A stretch of DNA of 64,000 nt from Dehalococcoidia bacterium (GCA_963667465.2 CAXXDN010000002.1:1216001-1280000); one strand, 5' to 3'. Shown: positions 8,563 to 19,250, numbered from the stretch's first letter. Notes: generated from the letters alone by a model not told the origin. Translations and numbers: made by a program.

Positions 8563-10212
8563 ATGCCGGATCCACGCGTCATCGCCCGTCAGCGCCTGAG
8601 CCGCGAACGCGGCTACGTGCAAAAGGACTGGGGCGGACGCATCCCGATCGTCCTCGTCTACCCCAACTCCTACTACATCGGCATGTCCAACCTCGGGCTG
8701 CAGACCGTCTACTCGCTGTTCAACGCCTACCCGGACTTCGTCTGCGAGCGGGCCTTCGTCGACCCGCCGGAGCGCGGCAAGCGCAACGGCGACGGACCGC
8801 CGCACATCGTCTCCATGGAGTCGCAGCGCCCGCTCGAGGACTTCGCGGTAATCGCCTTCACGCTCTCCTACGAGTATGACTACTTCCACATGGCGCAGGC
8901 GCTGAAGAGCGCGCGGATCCCGCTCTGGGCCTCGCAGCGCGACGGGCGGCACCCGCTCGTGATCGCCGGTGGCGCCTGCATGCTCACCAACCCCGCCGGC
9001 GTCGCGCCGTTCCTCGACGCGGCCGTGATCGGCGAAGGCGAGGAGATCATCCCCTCGCTCGCCGGGGCTTTCGAGGACGGCCTCTACGGCGGCCGCGACG
9101 ACCTGCTCGATGAGCTCGCCGCGCTCCCCGGCGTCTACGTGCCGGAGCGCCCGCCGCTCGGCCCCGTCGAGCGCCAGTGGGTCGAGGACATCGGCGCGAC
9201 CGAGGCCTACTCGACGATCCTCACGGAAGACACCGAGCTCTCCAACATGACGCTGATCGAGTGCGCGCGCGGCTGCGGCCGCGGCTGCCGCTTCTGCATC
9301 GCCGGCTACGTCTTCCGCCCGCCGCGCTACCGCCCGCTCGAGGATCTGCTCGGCGTCGTCGAGCACTCGCTGGAGCACAGCGAGCGCGTCGGGCTGCTCG
9401 GCGCGGCGGTCGCCGACCATCCGGAGCTGCCGGAGCTGGTGACCGGCGCGGGGGAGCTGGGCGCGCGCGTCTCGATCTCCTCGCTGCGCGTCGACAACCT
9501 GCGGCCGGAGGTGCTGCGCGTGCTCGCCGCCGGCGGGACGAAGACGGTCACCGTCGCGCCCGAGGCCGGCTCCGAGCGCATGCGCGAGGCGATCAACAAG
9601 GGCGTCAGCGAGGAGCAGATCCTGCGCGGGGCCGCCCTCGTCGGCGAGGCGGGGCTCACGCGCTTCAAGCTCTACTTCATGATCGGCCTGCCCGGCGAGG
9701 AGGAGGACGACGTGCACGCCCTCGCCCAGCTCGGGAACCGCATCAAGGAACGGCTGGACGCGGCGGGCAACGGCACGCGCCTGGTGCTCTCGGTCAGCCC
9801 GCTGGTGCCGAAGCCGTGGACGGCCTACCAGTACGAGACGCAAATGCCGCCCGCGGTGATCAAGGCGCGCCAGGGCATCCTCAAGCAGCACCTCGCCTCG
9901 GGCATCGAGCTGCGCAGCGACTCACCGCAGACCGCGCGCATCGACGACGTACTCTCGAGGGCGGACGGGCGGCTGGCCGGGCTGCTGGCGGAGCTGCCGG
10001 ACGCCTCGCTGGGCAGCTACAAGCGCGCGATCCGCGAGCACGGCCTGGACGGCGCGCGCCCCTGGGCGGGCGAAGCCCCGCCCTGGCACGTCGTCGACGT
10101 CGGCATGACGGAGCGCTTCCTGCTGCGCGAGATGGACAAGCACGAGCGCGTCCGCCGCACTATCCCCTGCCCCCCGCCCGAGGTGGGCTGCAAGCTCTGC
10201 GGGGTCTGCTGA
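8563..10212 (+). CDS. B12-binding-like radical SAM protein
   Basis: YPNSYYIGMSNLG; CGRGCRFC (CxxxCxxC); APEAGSER; C-terminal C..CKLCGVC. Confidence 0.88.
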   Translation: MPDPRVIARQRLSRERGYVQKDWGGRIPIVLVYPNSYYIGMSNLGLQTVYSLFNAYPDFVCERAFVDPPERGKRNGDGPPHIVSMESQRPLEDFAVIAFTLSYEYDYFHMAQALKSARIPLWASQRDGRHPLVIAGGACMLTNPAGVAPFLDAAVIGEGEEIIPSLAGAFEDGLYGGRDDLLDELAALPGVYVPERPPLGPVERQWVEDIGATEAYSTILTEDTELSNMTLIECARGCGRGCRFCIAGYVFRPPRYRPLEDLLGVVEHSLEHSERVGLLGAAVADHPELPELVTGAGELGARVSISSLRVDNLRPEVLRVLAAGGTKTVTVAPEAGSERMREAINKGVSEEQILRGAALVGEAGLTRFKLYFMIGLPGEEEDDVHALAQLGNRIKERLDAAGNGTRLVLSVSPLVPKPWTAYQYETQMPPAVIKARQGILKQHLASGIELRSDSPQTARIDDVLSRADGRLAGLLAELPDASLGSYKRAIREHGLDGARPWAGEAPPWHVVDVGMTERFLLREMDKHERVRRTIPCPPPEVGCKLCGVC

Positions 10213-10235
10213 GCAGCGCAGCGCGGCGCCCCCAA

Positions 10236-10700
10236 TGGCTTCTGCTGTTCCTCGACGAGAGCAGCCAAGACCGCCAGGAGTCAACGTACGAGGTGCTTGC
10301 GGGCGGCGCGATCCACGACACGCAGCGCTGGGCCTTCGGGCAAGACAGCCAGACCGCCGAGGAGCGGCTCTTCGGGTCGCGAGTCATTCTCGGCCCCAGG
10401 GAATTGAAGGCCCGGAAGCTGCTCAACACGCAGACGTTCCGGCAGGCTTCATGGCTCCCATCGCTCCCTCGCCAGCACGGCGCGGAACTTGCCGGGGCCG
10501 TGCTGGATGGCGGTGCGAACTCCACTCGCGAGCAAATCACCGCCCTCGCCCAGACCAGGATCGACTACTGCCACTTCATCATGGAGCAGTGCTCGACTCA
10601 CGCAGTGCGGTTGCTTGCGAGCCTCTACGCACCGAGCGCGGGGGTGAACCCCTCCAGGCCATCCGGCCCCGCCAGGAGTGAACCGCTTCGCCGCACGTAG
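10236..10700 (+). pseudogene. Degraded DUF3800-like gene fragment
   Basis: WLLLFLDESSQDRQESTYEVLAG...RELKARKLL resembles a DUF3800 N-terminus; no in-frame start; truncated. Confidence 0.5.
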
Positions 10701-10839
10701 CAGTCTCGCGGGCTCGAATGACGAGGCGGTGACGGCCATGTGGCTGCGCGATGACGTTTGCGTTTCGCGCATGTATCGGGCGCCCCTGCTTGACACCCCT
10801 GTCTGGCGGCAGCCCGCCCGGGAGGCGTAGCCTTGCCCC

Positions 10840-11553
10840 ATGACCACGACCGCCACATCCATCGCCGCGAACCTCGCCGTCGTGCGCGAGCAGATTGCCG
10901 CGGCCTGCGAGCGCGCCGGCCGCGACCCCGCCGGGGTCACGATCGTCGGCGTGACCAAGACGCACCCGCCCGAGGTCGTCGAGGCGGCGCTGGCGGCGGG
11001 GCTGAGCGACATCGGCGAGAACCGCGCGCAGGAGCTGCTGCCCAAGGCCGAGGCGCTCGAGGCGCGCGGGCTCGAGGCTCGCTGGCACTTCATCGGGCGG
11101 CTACAGCGCAACAAGGTGCGTGGCGTGCTGCCGCATATCGCCGCGCTGCACTCGCTCGGCTCGGTGCGGCTCGCCGACGAGATCGAGCGACGCGCCGAAC
11201 GCCTCGAGGCGGCCGCCGGCGCGGGGGCGCTCGCGCCACTTCCCTGCTACCTTGAAGTCAACGTGGGCGGCGAGGCCTCGAAGGACGGAATTGTCCCGGA
11301 GGAGCTCCCGGAGCTGCTGCGCGAGGCGGCGAACCGCCGCCACATCGCGGTCGCCGGGCTGATGACGGTCGCACCGCTCGTCGCTGACCAAGAACAGGTG
11401 CGGCCGGTCTTCCGGCAACTGCGCGAGCTGGCCCACGCGCACGGCCTCGAGGGACTCTCGATGGGCATGACCGACGACTACGCCGTCGCGGTCGAGGAGG
11501 GCGCGACGGTCGTGCGGCTCGGGCGCGTGATCTTCGGAGCGCGGCGCGGGTAG
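10840..11553 (+). CDS. yggS: PLP homeostasis protein YggS/PROSC
   Basis: VGVTKT, GENRAQE, WHFIGRLQRNK, LSMGMTDD. Confidence 0.95.
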   Translation: MTTTATSIAANLAVVREQIAAACERAGRDPAGVTIVGVTKTHPPEVVEAALAAGLSDIGENRAQELLPKAEALEARGLEARWHFIGRLQRNKVRGVLPHIAALHSLGSVRLADEIERRAERLEAAAGAGALAPLPCYLEVNVGGEASKDGIVPEELPELLREAANRRHIAVAGLMTVAPLVADQEQVRPVFRQLRELAHAHGLEGLSMGMTDDYAVAVEEGATVVRLGRVIFGARRG

Positions 11554-11573
11554 CGGCAGGCGGAGGAAGCAGC

Positions 11574-12380
11574 GTGCGAATCGGGATCATCGGTGGCGGC
11601 TTCATGGGCGAGGCGTTCCTGCGCGGGATTCTCAGCGCGGGTGTCGCCGATCCGTCCAACGTCGCCGTCGCCGAGCTGATCGCGGACCGCCGGCTCGCCC
11701 TCGCCGAGCACGGCGTGCGCGTCACCGACGACCCGGAGAGCGCCTGTATCGGCGCCGACCTCGTGCTGCTCGCCGTCAAGCCCGACGACCTGCCCGCGAC
11801 GGCGCGCAGCCTCGCCGGCGCGATTCCGGTCGACGCCGTAGTAGTGTCGATCGCCGCCGGCACTCCGCTCGCCGAGGTGCAACGCCACAGCGCACACCGC
11901 GCCTCGGTGCGGGTGATGCCGAACCTGCCCGCCGCGATCGGCGAGGGCGCGGCCGTCTTCCTGGCGGCTCCCGAGCTGAGCGACGAGCAACTCGCCCGCG
12001 TACGCGAGGTGCTCAGCGGCGTCGCGACCGCGATCGTCGAGGTCGGCGACGACGAGGCTGTGGACCTCGCGACAGCGTTGCACGGATCGGGTCCCGCCTA
12101 CGTCTACCTGCTGATCGAGGCAATGGTGGACTCGGCGGTGCGGCTCGGCATGAAGCGCCCGGAGGCGACGGATCTGGTGCTGGCGACCGTTGCCGGCTCG
12201 GCACGCTATGCGATCGAGAGCGGCGAGCACGCCGCGACCCTGCGCAACGCCGTCACCTCGCCGGGCGGGACGACGGCGGCGGCGCTCTCCGAGCTGGAGG
12301 CCGCCGGAGTACGGGCGGCCATCGACGACGCGATCGAGGCAGCGTTCACGCGGGCGCTGGATCTGGGGGAAGCGGAATGA
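11574..12380 (+). CDS. proC: Pyrroline-5-carboxylate reductase
   Basis: GIIGGGFMG, RVMPN, GSGPAY, VTSPGGTT. Confidence 0.95.
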   Translation: MRIGIIGGGFMGEAFLRGILSAGVADPSNVAVAELIADRRLALAEHGVRVTDDPESACIGADLVLLAVKPDDLPATARSLAGAIPVDAVVVSIAAGTPLAEVQRHSAHRASVRVMPNLPAAIGEGAAVFLAAPELSDEQLARVREVLSGVATAIVEVGDDEAVDLATALHGSGPAYVYLLIEAMVDSAVRLGMKRPEATDLVLATVAGSARYAIESGEHAATLRNAVTSPGGTTAAALSELEAAGVRAAIDDAIEAAFTRALDLGEAE

Positions 12381-12628
12381 CTGCACTGATCGGGATCGTA
12401 AGCCTGCTACTGAACCTGCTTTGGCTCGCGATCTTCGCCCGCGCGATCATCAGCTGGTTCCCGGTTGACCGTGACGGCCCGATCGTGAAGGCGCTCGACG
12501 CAGTCACCGAGCCAGTCCTCGAACCACTGCGGCGCGTGGTGCCACGCGTCGGGCTCTTCGATATCACGCCGATGGTCGCGCTCCTGCTGATCTTCGTGAT
12601 CCGGCAGTTGCTGATTTCGAGCCTCTAG
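12377..12628 (+). CDS. yggT: YggT family membrane protein
   Basis: ISWF...TEPVLEPLRRVVP...DITP. Confidence 0.9.
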   Translation: MTALIGIVSLLLNLLWLAIFARAIISWFPVDRDGPIVKALDAVTEPVLEPLRRVVPRVGLFDITPMVALLLIFVIRQLLISSL

Positions 12629-12708
12629 CAGCACAGTCCTCGTCGCCACGCGCCCGCCAGTAACATGGGTGCTGCAGCGTCAGCGCCGATGGCAACGGTG
12701 GGTCCGAG

Positions 12709-13011
12709 ATGAGCATGCTCCTCGGGATCATCGACGTGTTGCTGGCCCTGCTCTGGGTCGCGATTCTCGCCCGCGTGTTCGTCGGGTGGTTGCTGATCAA
12801 CTTCGAGCACGAGGACCCTTCGTTGCTGCGAGCACTGCACTGGATTACGGACCCGATTCTTAGCCCGCTGCGGCGCCTGATCCCGCAGGACATGCTGTTC
12901 GACATCACGCCATGGGTCGCCGTCGCGATCATCATCGTGATCCAGCAGATCGTGGTCCCGGATGGGGCCCTGCTGCCGGGCTATGAGCACCCGTTCGTCG
13001 GGGAGCGGTAG
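12709..13011 (+). CDS. yggT: Second YggT family protein
   Basis: ITDPILSPLRRLIP...FDITP. Confidence 0.8.
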   Translation: MSMLLGIIDVLLALLWVAILARVFVGWLLINFEHEDPSLLRALHWITDPILSPLRRLIPQDMLFDITPWVAVAIIIVIQQIVVPDGALLPGYEHPFVGER

Positions 13012-13024
13012 CCCCGCCGGGACC

Positions 13025-13210
13025 TCAGGCACCCCCGAGGCGCCGCCGCAGCTCCGCCGCCATGAGGCCATCGATGGCGACGACCTTGCTACGCGAGGCC
13101 TGCCCCGCCACCACGCGCACGGCTCCGCGCGAGAGGCGGAGGCGCTTCGCCAGCAGGCGCTCCAGCGCGCGGTTGGCGCGGCCCTCCACGGGCGGCTGCG
13201 CAGGAACTTG
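13025..13210 (-). pseudogene. Truncated DUF167/YggU remnant
   Basis: Manual translation [45 protein letters not shown]...; in-frame TAG upstream, N-terminal half missing. Confidence 0.7.
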
Positions 13211-13236
13211 ACGCTATAGAACCGGCGTTCTATTCT
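13208..13236 (+). promoter_or_regulatory. recA promoter with LexA (SOS) box
   Basis: TTGACG-17-TATTCT; atAGAAC-cggc-GTTCTat palindrome at 13216-13233. Confidence 0.88.
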
Positions 13237-13296
13237 TTCCCGCGTACCACCGACGTGCCACGACAGAACAGCAGCGTACGCGGAAGGACCCCCGCA

Positions 13297-14421
13297 ATGG
13301 GCAGCAAGCAGGGCAGCAAGAGCAACTCCAAACAGCGGCGCCACGAGGACCTCGACCGCACCATCGAGCAGATCACGAAGGACTTCGGGAAGGGCGCGAT
13401 CATGCGCCTCGGGGACGACGACGCCATCCTCAACGTCTCCGCCATCTCCACCGGCGCCCTCTCGCTCGACATCGCCCTCGGCATCGGCGGGGTGCCCCGA
13501 GGCCGCGTGACGGAGATCTTCGGACCGGAGTCGGCCGGCAAGTCCACGCTCGCCCAGCACATCATCGCCCAGAGCCAGCGCGCGGGCGGCACCACCGCCT
13601 ACATCGACGTCGAGCACGCCCTCGAGCCCGAGTACGCCGCCGCCTGCGGCATCGCTGTAGACGATCTGCTGATCTCCCAGCCCGACACCGGCGAGCAGGC
13701 GCTCGAGATCTGCGAGGCGCTGATCCGCTCGAACGCCCTCGACGCCGTCGTCGTTGACTCCGTCGCAGCGCTGGTGCCGCGCGCCGAGATCGAGGGCGAC
13801 ATGGGGGACTCGCTGCCCGGCCTGCAGGCGCGGCTGATGTCGCAGGCACTGCGCAAGCTGACCTCCGCAGTGGCGCGCTCGAACACCGCACTTGTCTTCA
13901 TCAACCAGCTGCGCGAGAAGATCGGCGTCGTCTTTGGCAACCCCGAGACCACGCCCGGCGGGCGCGCGCTCAAGTTCTACTCCTCCGTGCGGATCGACAT
14001 CCGCCGCATCGAGTCGCTGCGGCAGGGTTCGACGATCATCGGCAACCGCGTGCGCTGCAAGGTCGTGAAGAACAAGACCGCGCCGCCGTTCCGCCAGGCC
14101 GAGTTCGACATCATGTTCACCCCCGAGGAGCACGGCATCAGCCGCTCCGGCGACCTCCTCGACCTGTCGGTCGAGCACGGCATCGTGAAGAAGCTCGGTT
14201 CCTACTACTCGCTCGGCGAGCAGCGCCTCGGCCAGGGCCGCGAGAACTCGAAGGCCTTCCTCCGCGAGCACCCCGCGATGGCCGACGAGATCGAGGCGAA
14301 CGTGCGCGCCGCCGCCGGCCTGCCCGGCACGGAGCACCTTCCGGCCGAGCCGCCCGCGCAAACCGCCGCGGAGGCCACCGAGGCCGCCACCGCGATCTCC
14401 GGTCTGCCGCTTGATGCGTAA
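13297..14421 (+). CDS. recA: Recombinase A
   Basis: [38 protein letters not shown]. Confidence 0.98.
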   Translation: MGSKQGSKSNSKQRRHEDLDRTIEQITKDFGKGAIMRLGDDDAILNVSAISTGALSLDIALGIGGVPRGRVTEIFGPESAGKSTLAQHIIAQSQRAGGTTAYIDVEHALEPEYAAACGIAVDDLLISQPDTGEQALEICEALIRSNALDAVVVDSVAALVPRAEIEGDMGDSLPGLQARLMSQALRKLTSAVARSNTALVFINQLREKIGVVFGNPETTPGGRALKFYSSVRIDIRRIESLRQGSTIIGNRVRCKVVKNKTAPPFRQAEFDIMFTPEEHGISRSGDLLDLSVEHGIVKKLGSYYSLGEQRLGQGRENSKAFLREHPAMADEIEANVRAAAGLPGTEHLPAEPPAQTAAEATEAATAISGLPLDA

Positions 14422-14974
14422 GGGCGCTCGCTCGCGCCGGCGGGGCAGCGCTGCCCCGCCGAGCGATGACCCGCGCAAGGCCGTACAGCACGGGCTGCGG
14501 CTGCTCAGCCGCGCCGCTCGCACTGAGCACGACCTGCGCGAGCGCCTCGAGGCGCGCTTCACCGCCGAGGCGGTGACAGCCGCGTTGAGGCGGCTGCGTA
14601 CGCTCGGCTACGTCGATGACCGCGCCTGGGCCGCCGCCTACGTCGAGCGCCCCCGCTCGCTGCTCTGTAGCGCGCGGCTGTTGCAGCGTGAGCTGCGCGC
14701 GCGCGGCGTCTCCGAGGAGATCGCCGAGGCGGCCACGGGAGAGCACGACGACGATCGCGCCGCCCTCGCCGCCGCGCGGATCGCGCTGCGGCGGCTCTCT
14801 CGCGGCGGCGACGACCGCGACGACGACGGCCACGACGCAGGCGCGGCGCGCAAGCGCTCCCGGCGCCTCGTGGCCGCCCTGGCGCGCCGCGGCTTCGACC
14901 CCGGGACGATCGGGCGCGTCCGTTCCCGCCTGCGCGGCGACCGAGCAGGCGAGGCAACTCCCGTTAGGCCATAG
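14414..14974 (+). CDS. recX: Regulatory protein RecX
   Basis: [29 protein letters not shown]; overlaps recA end. Confidence 0.85.
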   Translation: MRKGARSRRRGSAAPPSDDPRKAVQHGLRLLSRAARTEHDLRERLEARFTAEAVTAALRRLRTLGYVDDRAWAAAYVERPRSLLCSARLLQRELRARGVSEEIAEAATGEHDDDRAALAAARIALRRLSRGGDDRDDDGHDAGAARKRSRRLVAALARRGFDPGTIGRVRSRLRGDRAGEATPVRP

Positions 14975-15135
14975 CACCCACCCGCGAAGCGCATCGCGAT
15001 GCGCAGTGCTAGACTGTGCACATCGACGGCGACGGCGCTGACTGGCCCCTCAGCCATGCGGCCACGCCGAGATGCCGACTTATGTCCCGCGACGCGCTCC
15101 GGCGGTGGCGCGGGCCCTCGAATCGAGGCCATCCC

Positions 15136-16710
15136 ATGGAATCGCTTGCACTCAGCGCCCTCGTGGGCGTGATCGCTCTCGTGATCGGCTTCCTGATCGG
15201 CTACGCCATCCTCGGACTGGGCGCGCGCGACGTGCGCCGCCGGGCCGAGCAGGCTGCAGATCGCATCCGCGAGCAGGCCGAGAACCGCAGCCGCGAGCTC
15301 CAGCTCGAGGGGCAGCAGGCCGGCCTTCACTACCGCGAAGAGGTCGAAGAGGAACTGCGCGAGGAGCGCCGCGAGGCTGCCCGCGTCGAGCGCCGCCTCG
15401 AGCAGCGCGAGGAGTCGCTGGAACGCCGCGCCGAGGGGCTCGAGCGCGGCGAGCAGTCGGTCCGCGACCGCGCCTCGGGACTCGACCGCCGCGAGCAGGA
15501 GCTCGAGGCCGGCCAGGATCGCCTGCAAGCCGCGCAAGAGCAGCTGCGCGAGCAGGAGTCGCAGCTTCGCGGTGAGCTCGAGCGGATCGCCGCGCTGAGC
15601 GCCGACGAGGCGCGCGACCTGCTGCTCGACAGCCTCGACGGCGAACTGCGCGACGAGTCCGCGCGCCGCGTGCGCGCGATGGAGGCCGCCACCCGGGCCG
15701 AGGCGGACATGCGCGGACGCAAGATCCTCGCCACCGTCATGCAGCGCATGACGTCCGAGATCACGGCGGAGGCAACCGTCTCCGTGGTGCCGATTCCCTC
15801 CGACGAACTGAAAGGCCGGATCATCGGCCGCGAGGGCCGCAACATCCGCGCCTTCGAGGCGGCCACCGGCTGCGACCTCCTGATCGATGACACCCCCGAG
15901 GTCGTCACCGTCGTCGGCTTCGACCCGGTGCGCCGCGAGGTCGCGCGGGTCGCGCTCGCGCGCCTCGTGCAGGACGGGCGCATCCAGCCGAGCCGCATTG
16001 AGGACGCCGTCGATAAGGCGCAGAGCGAGGTCGAGCGGATGGTCATCGAGGCGGGCGAGCAGGCCCTCGTCGACGCCGAGGTGGCGGCGCTCCACCCCGA
16101 GGTCGCGAAGACCCTGGGCAAGCTGCGCTTCCGGTACTCATACGGCCAGAACCAGCTGCGCCACTGCGTGGAGACTTCGTGGCTCGCGGTCGCGCTGGCG
16201 CACGAACTCGGCGCCGACGTGGAGACGGCCCGCCTCGGCGGACTGCTGCACGACCTCGGCAAGGCCGTGGACCGCGAGATGGAAGGCACGCACGCCGCGC
16301 TCGGCGCCGAGATCGCACGCCGCTTCGGCGTCGGCGACGAGATCGTCCACTGCATCGAGGCGCACCACGAGGAGATCACGCCGGAGACAGCCGAGGCGCT
16401 GATCGTAATCATCGCCGACGCGATCTCGGGCAGCCGCCCCGGCGCCCGCCGCGACTCGATCGAGCAGTACGTAAAGCGCCTCGAAGCCCTCGAGGCGGTC
16501 GCCAACTCTTTCGACGGTGTCGAGCAGTCCTTCGCCATCCAGGCGGGACGCGAGATCCGCGTGCTGGTGCGGCCGGAGGAGGTCGACGACCTCGCGGCCA
16601 CGCGGCTTGCGCGCGATGTCTCGCGCAAGGTCGAGGAGACGCTGCAGTACCCCGGCCAGATCCGGGTCACGGTCGTCCGGGAGACGCGCGCCAGCGCGGT
16701 CGCGCGCTAA
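15136..16710 (+). CDS. rny: Ribonuclease Y
   Basis: N-terminal TM, coiled coil, KGRIIGREGRNIR (KH), LLHDLGK (HD). Confidence 0.97.
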   Translation: MESLALSALVGVIALVIGFLIGYAILGLGARDVRRRAEQAADRIREQAENRSRELQLEGQQAGLHYREEVEEELREERREAARVERRLEQREESLERRAEGLERGEQSVRDRASGLDRREQELEAGQDRLQAAQEQLREQESQLRGELERIAALSADEARDLLLDSLDGELRDESARRVRAMEAATRAEADMRGRKILATVMQRMTSEITAEATVSVVPIPSDELKGRIIGREGRNIRAFEAATGCDLLIDDTPEVVTVVGFDPVRREVARVALARLVQDGRIQPSRIEDAVDKAQSEVERMVIEAGEQALVDAEVAALHPEVAKTLGKLRFRYSYGQNQLRHCVETSWLAVALAHELGADVETARLGGLLHDLGKAVDREMEGTHAALGAEIARRFGVGDEIVHCIEAHHEEITPETAEALIVIIADAISGSRPGARRDSIEQYVKRLEALEAVANSFDGVEQSFAIQAGREIRVLVRPEEVDDLAATRLARDVSRKVEETLQYPGQIRVTVVRETRASAVAR

Positions 16711-16713
16711 CCC

Positions 16714-17490
16714 GTGCGCGTCCTCATGGTCGGCGACATCGTCGGCCGGCCTGGCCGCGAAATCGTCGGCTCGGCGCTGCCTGAGCTGCGTGACGCCCTC
16801 GCTATCGACCGGGTGATCGCCAACGGCGAGAACGCCGCGCGCGGACGAGGTCTCACCGAACGCACCGCCAACGAGCTGTTCGCCGCCGGTGTCGACGTCC
16901 TCACCTCCGGCAACCACATCTTCGACGTGCGCGAGTTCGTCCCCGCCCTCAACCGCGACTGGCCCGTGCTGCGCCCCGCCAACTACCCGCCGGTGGTCCC
17001 CGGCCGCGGCGTCTGCACGATCGACGGACTGACCGTGATCAACCTGATGGGCCGCGTCTTCATGCCGGCCGTCGTCGACGACCCGTTCCGCGTCGTCGAT
17101 CAACTGCTCGAGGACGTCGCGCCCGGCAACAGCGTCGTCGTCGACTTTCACGCCGAGGCGTCCAGCGAGCAGCAGGCGCTCGCCTGGTACCTCGACGGGC
17201 GGGTCGCCGCCGTTGTCGGGACGCACACCCACGTGCCGACGGCGGACGCGCGGCTGCTCGCCGCTGGCACCGCCGCCGTCGGCGACCTCGGCATGGTCGG
17301 CGTGCGCGACTCAGTGATCGGCGACGACATCGAGTCCGTGATCAGCCGCTTCCTGACCGGGATGCCGACGCGCCTGCCGGTCGCCTCCGGCGAGGACGGC
17401 GTCTTCAACTCCGTGCTGATCGAGATCGACGACGCGAGCGGGCTGGCGACCGGCATCGAGCGCGTCGACCGCGTGCTCCCGCTGTGGTGA
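16714..17490 (+). CDS. ymdB: YmdB-like (TIGR00282) metallophosphoesterase
   Basis: GDIVGRPGR, NGENAA, GNH, DFHAEA, GTHTHV. Confidence 0.93.
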   Translation: MRVLMVGDIVGRPGREIVGSALPELRDALAIDRVIANGENAARGRGLTERTANELFAAGVDVLTSGNHIFDVREFVPALNRDWPVLRPANYPPVVPGRGVCTIDGLTVINLMGRVFMPAVVDDPFRVVDQLLEDVAPGNSVVVDFHAEASSEQQALAWYLDGRVAAVVGTHTHVPTADARLLAAGTAAVGDLGMVGVRDSVIGDDIESVISRFLTGMPTRLPVASGEDGVFNSVLIEIDDASGLATGIERVDRVLPLW

Positions 17491-17539
17491 GGACGGCACG
17501 CCGCCACGCGAGACGTCCGAGGCGCGGACGGGCCGCCTC

Positions 17540-18400
17540 GTGAGCCGTGGCGACTTCCACACGCACTCGACCTGCTCCGACGGCCTGCGCTCGCCCGCCG
17601 GGCTCGTCGATCTGGCGGCCGGCCGCGGCGTCCGCGTCATGGCGCTGACCGACCACGACACCCTCGACGGCCTCGCTGAGGCAGAGGCCGCGGCTGCGCG
17701 CCACCCCGGCTTCACGCTCGTGCCCGGCGTCGAGCTGTCCTGCGACGTGCCGGGCACCGAGGTGCACATCCTCGGCTACTTCATCGACCGCGAGCGCCGC
17801 GAGCTGGTCGAGCAGCTCGAGCGCTTCCGCGCTGGGCGGATCGAGCGGGCGCGGCGCATCATCGACGCCCTCGAACGGCTGGGCGCACCGATCGAGTGGT
17901 CGCGCGTGCAGGAGCTGGCGGGCGAAGCCTCCGTCGGTCGCCCGCACATCGCGCAGGCGCTGCTCGAAGCCGGGCACATCGAGAGCTTCAACGAGGCCTT
18001 CGACCGCTTCATCGGCCGCAACGGCCCGGCTTACGCCGAACGCCCGAAGCTCGCTCCCGCCGAGGCGATCGCGATGATCCGCGAGGCGGGCGGCCTTGCC
18101 GTCTTCGCCCACCCCTCGTTCACCGACGACTACCCGAGCGTCGCCGCCGAGCTTGCGGCGGCCGGCGCGTTCGGCCTCGAGGCCTACTACAAGGGCTACG
18201 AGCCGGAGCTTGTCGAGGAGCTGGCCACGCTGGCCGAACGCCTGGGGCTGTTCGCGCTCGGCGGCTCCGACTACCACGGCATCGATCGCGAGGACGAGCG
18301 CCAGCCGGGCGAGATCCCGCTGCCGGACGCCGTGACCGACGCCTTCCTCGATGCGGCGCGCGAGCGCGGCTGCCGCGTTCCCGAACCGACACCCGGATAG
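17540..18400 (+). CDS. PHP-domain phosphoesterase (YciV/TrpH-like)
   Basis: DFHTHSTCSDG, ALTDHDT, GRPHIA, GGSDYHG. Confidence 0.9.
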   Translation: MSRGDFHTHSTCSDGLRSPAGLVDLAAGRGVRVMALTDHDTLDGLAEAEAAAARHPGFTLVPGVELSCDVPGTEVHILGYFIDRERRELVEQLERFRAGRIERARRIIDALERLGAPIEWSRVQELAGEASVGRPHIAQALLEAGHIESFNEAFDRFIGRNGPAYAERPKLAPAEAIAMIREAGGLAVFAHPSFTDDYPSVAAELAAAGAFGLEAYYKGYEPELVEELATLAERLGLFALGGSDYHGIDREDERQPGEIPLPDAVTDAFLDAARERGCRVPEPTPG

Positions 18401-18451
18401 CCTTCGAGGGCGGCCCGCCGCTACACTCGCGGAGAAGCACCCGGAGGCGAG

Positions 18452-18697
18452 ATGTCCCGACGCTCACGCAGGCAGCGCAGCCGGCCCCGGCGCACTCCCC
18501 TGCCCGGCCCCCCGCCGCCCGGACCGCCCGCCCCGGGCACGACCTCCGCCGCGCGGGCGGCCGCCAGCGAGCGCCCTCGGAGGCTACTCGAGCGCGACGC
18601 GCCGTTCATCGGCGGTGAGCTGCTGAGGATCGCGATGATCAGCGCGGTCTGCGGTAGCCTGCTGGTACTGCTCGTGCTCATCGACCGGCTCAGGTAG
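18452..18697 (+). CDS. Small protein with C-terminal TM helix
   Basis: GGAGG RBS; basic N-terminus; ELLRIAMISAV TM. Confidence 0.6.
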   Translation: MSRRSRRQRSRPRRTPLPGPPPPGPPAPGTTSAARAAASERPRRLLERDAPFIGGELLRIAMISAVCGSLLVLLVLIDRLR

Positions 18698-18722
18698 CCG
18701 GCGCAACCGCGCTCCTCGAGGG

Positions 18723-19250
18723 CTACGCGAGGCGGTTCCAGGCGACGATCGCGCCGATCACCGCGAAGATGATGCCGCCTGCGTCCTGCGTGATCAGGTC
18801 CACCTCGCCGGAGACCAGCAGGCGCAGCAGCGCCGCTGCCACGATCGCGCCCGCGGCGAGCAGTTGCAGCGCGCGCCCCCGCTTGCGGTTCGTGACCACA
18901 TCGAACAATCGGGCCAGGAGGGTCGCCGCGCCAATGCCGCCGAACAGCGCGATCGCGAACTGCAGCAGGCCGCCTACCGGACTCGGCGGGAGCAGCAGCG
19001 CCGAGGCGACGCCGATCGCCAGGGCGCCGAGCAGCGCGACGGCGCCGGCCCGCAGGTAGTGCCCGGCCCCCAGCTCGTACATCGGGGGGCGGCGCAGCTG
19101 CGCGCAGTCCGGGCAGCGGATGCCACCCGGCGCGTGGACCATGCAGCGCGGGCAGATCGCCACCTCGCAGCGTCCGCAGCGCAGTTCGGTCTCGACATCG
19201 CGGTGGCGCTCGCAGTACGGAATAGCTGCCTCCGAAGCCGCGCTGGCCAT
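18723..19250 (-). CDS. B-box-like zinc finger membrane protein
   Basis: CERH..CGRC..CPRC..CPDC followed by four TMs. Confidence 0.8.
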   Translation of the reverse strand: MASAASEAAIPYCERHRDVETELRCGRCEVAICPRCMVHAPGGIRCPDCAQLRRPPMYELGAGHYLRAGAVALLGALAIGVASALLLPPSPVGGLLQFAIALFGGIGAATLLARLFDVVTNRKRGRALQLLAAGAIVAAALLRLLVSGEVDLITQDAGGIIFAVIGAIVAWNRLA

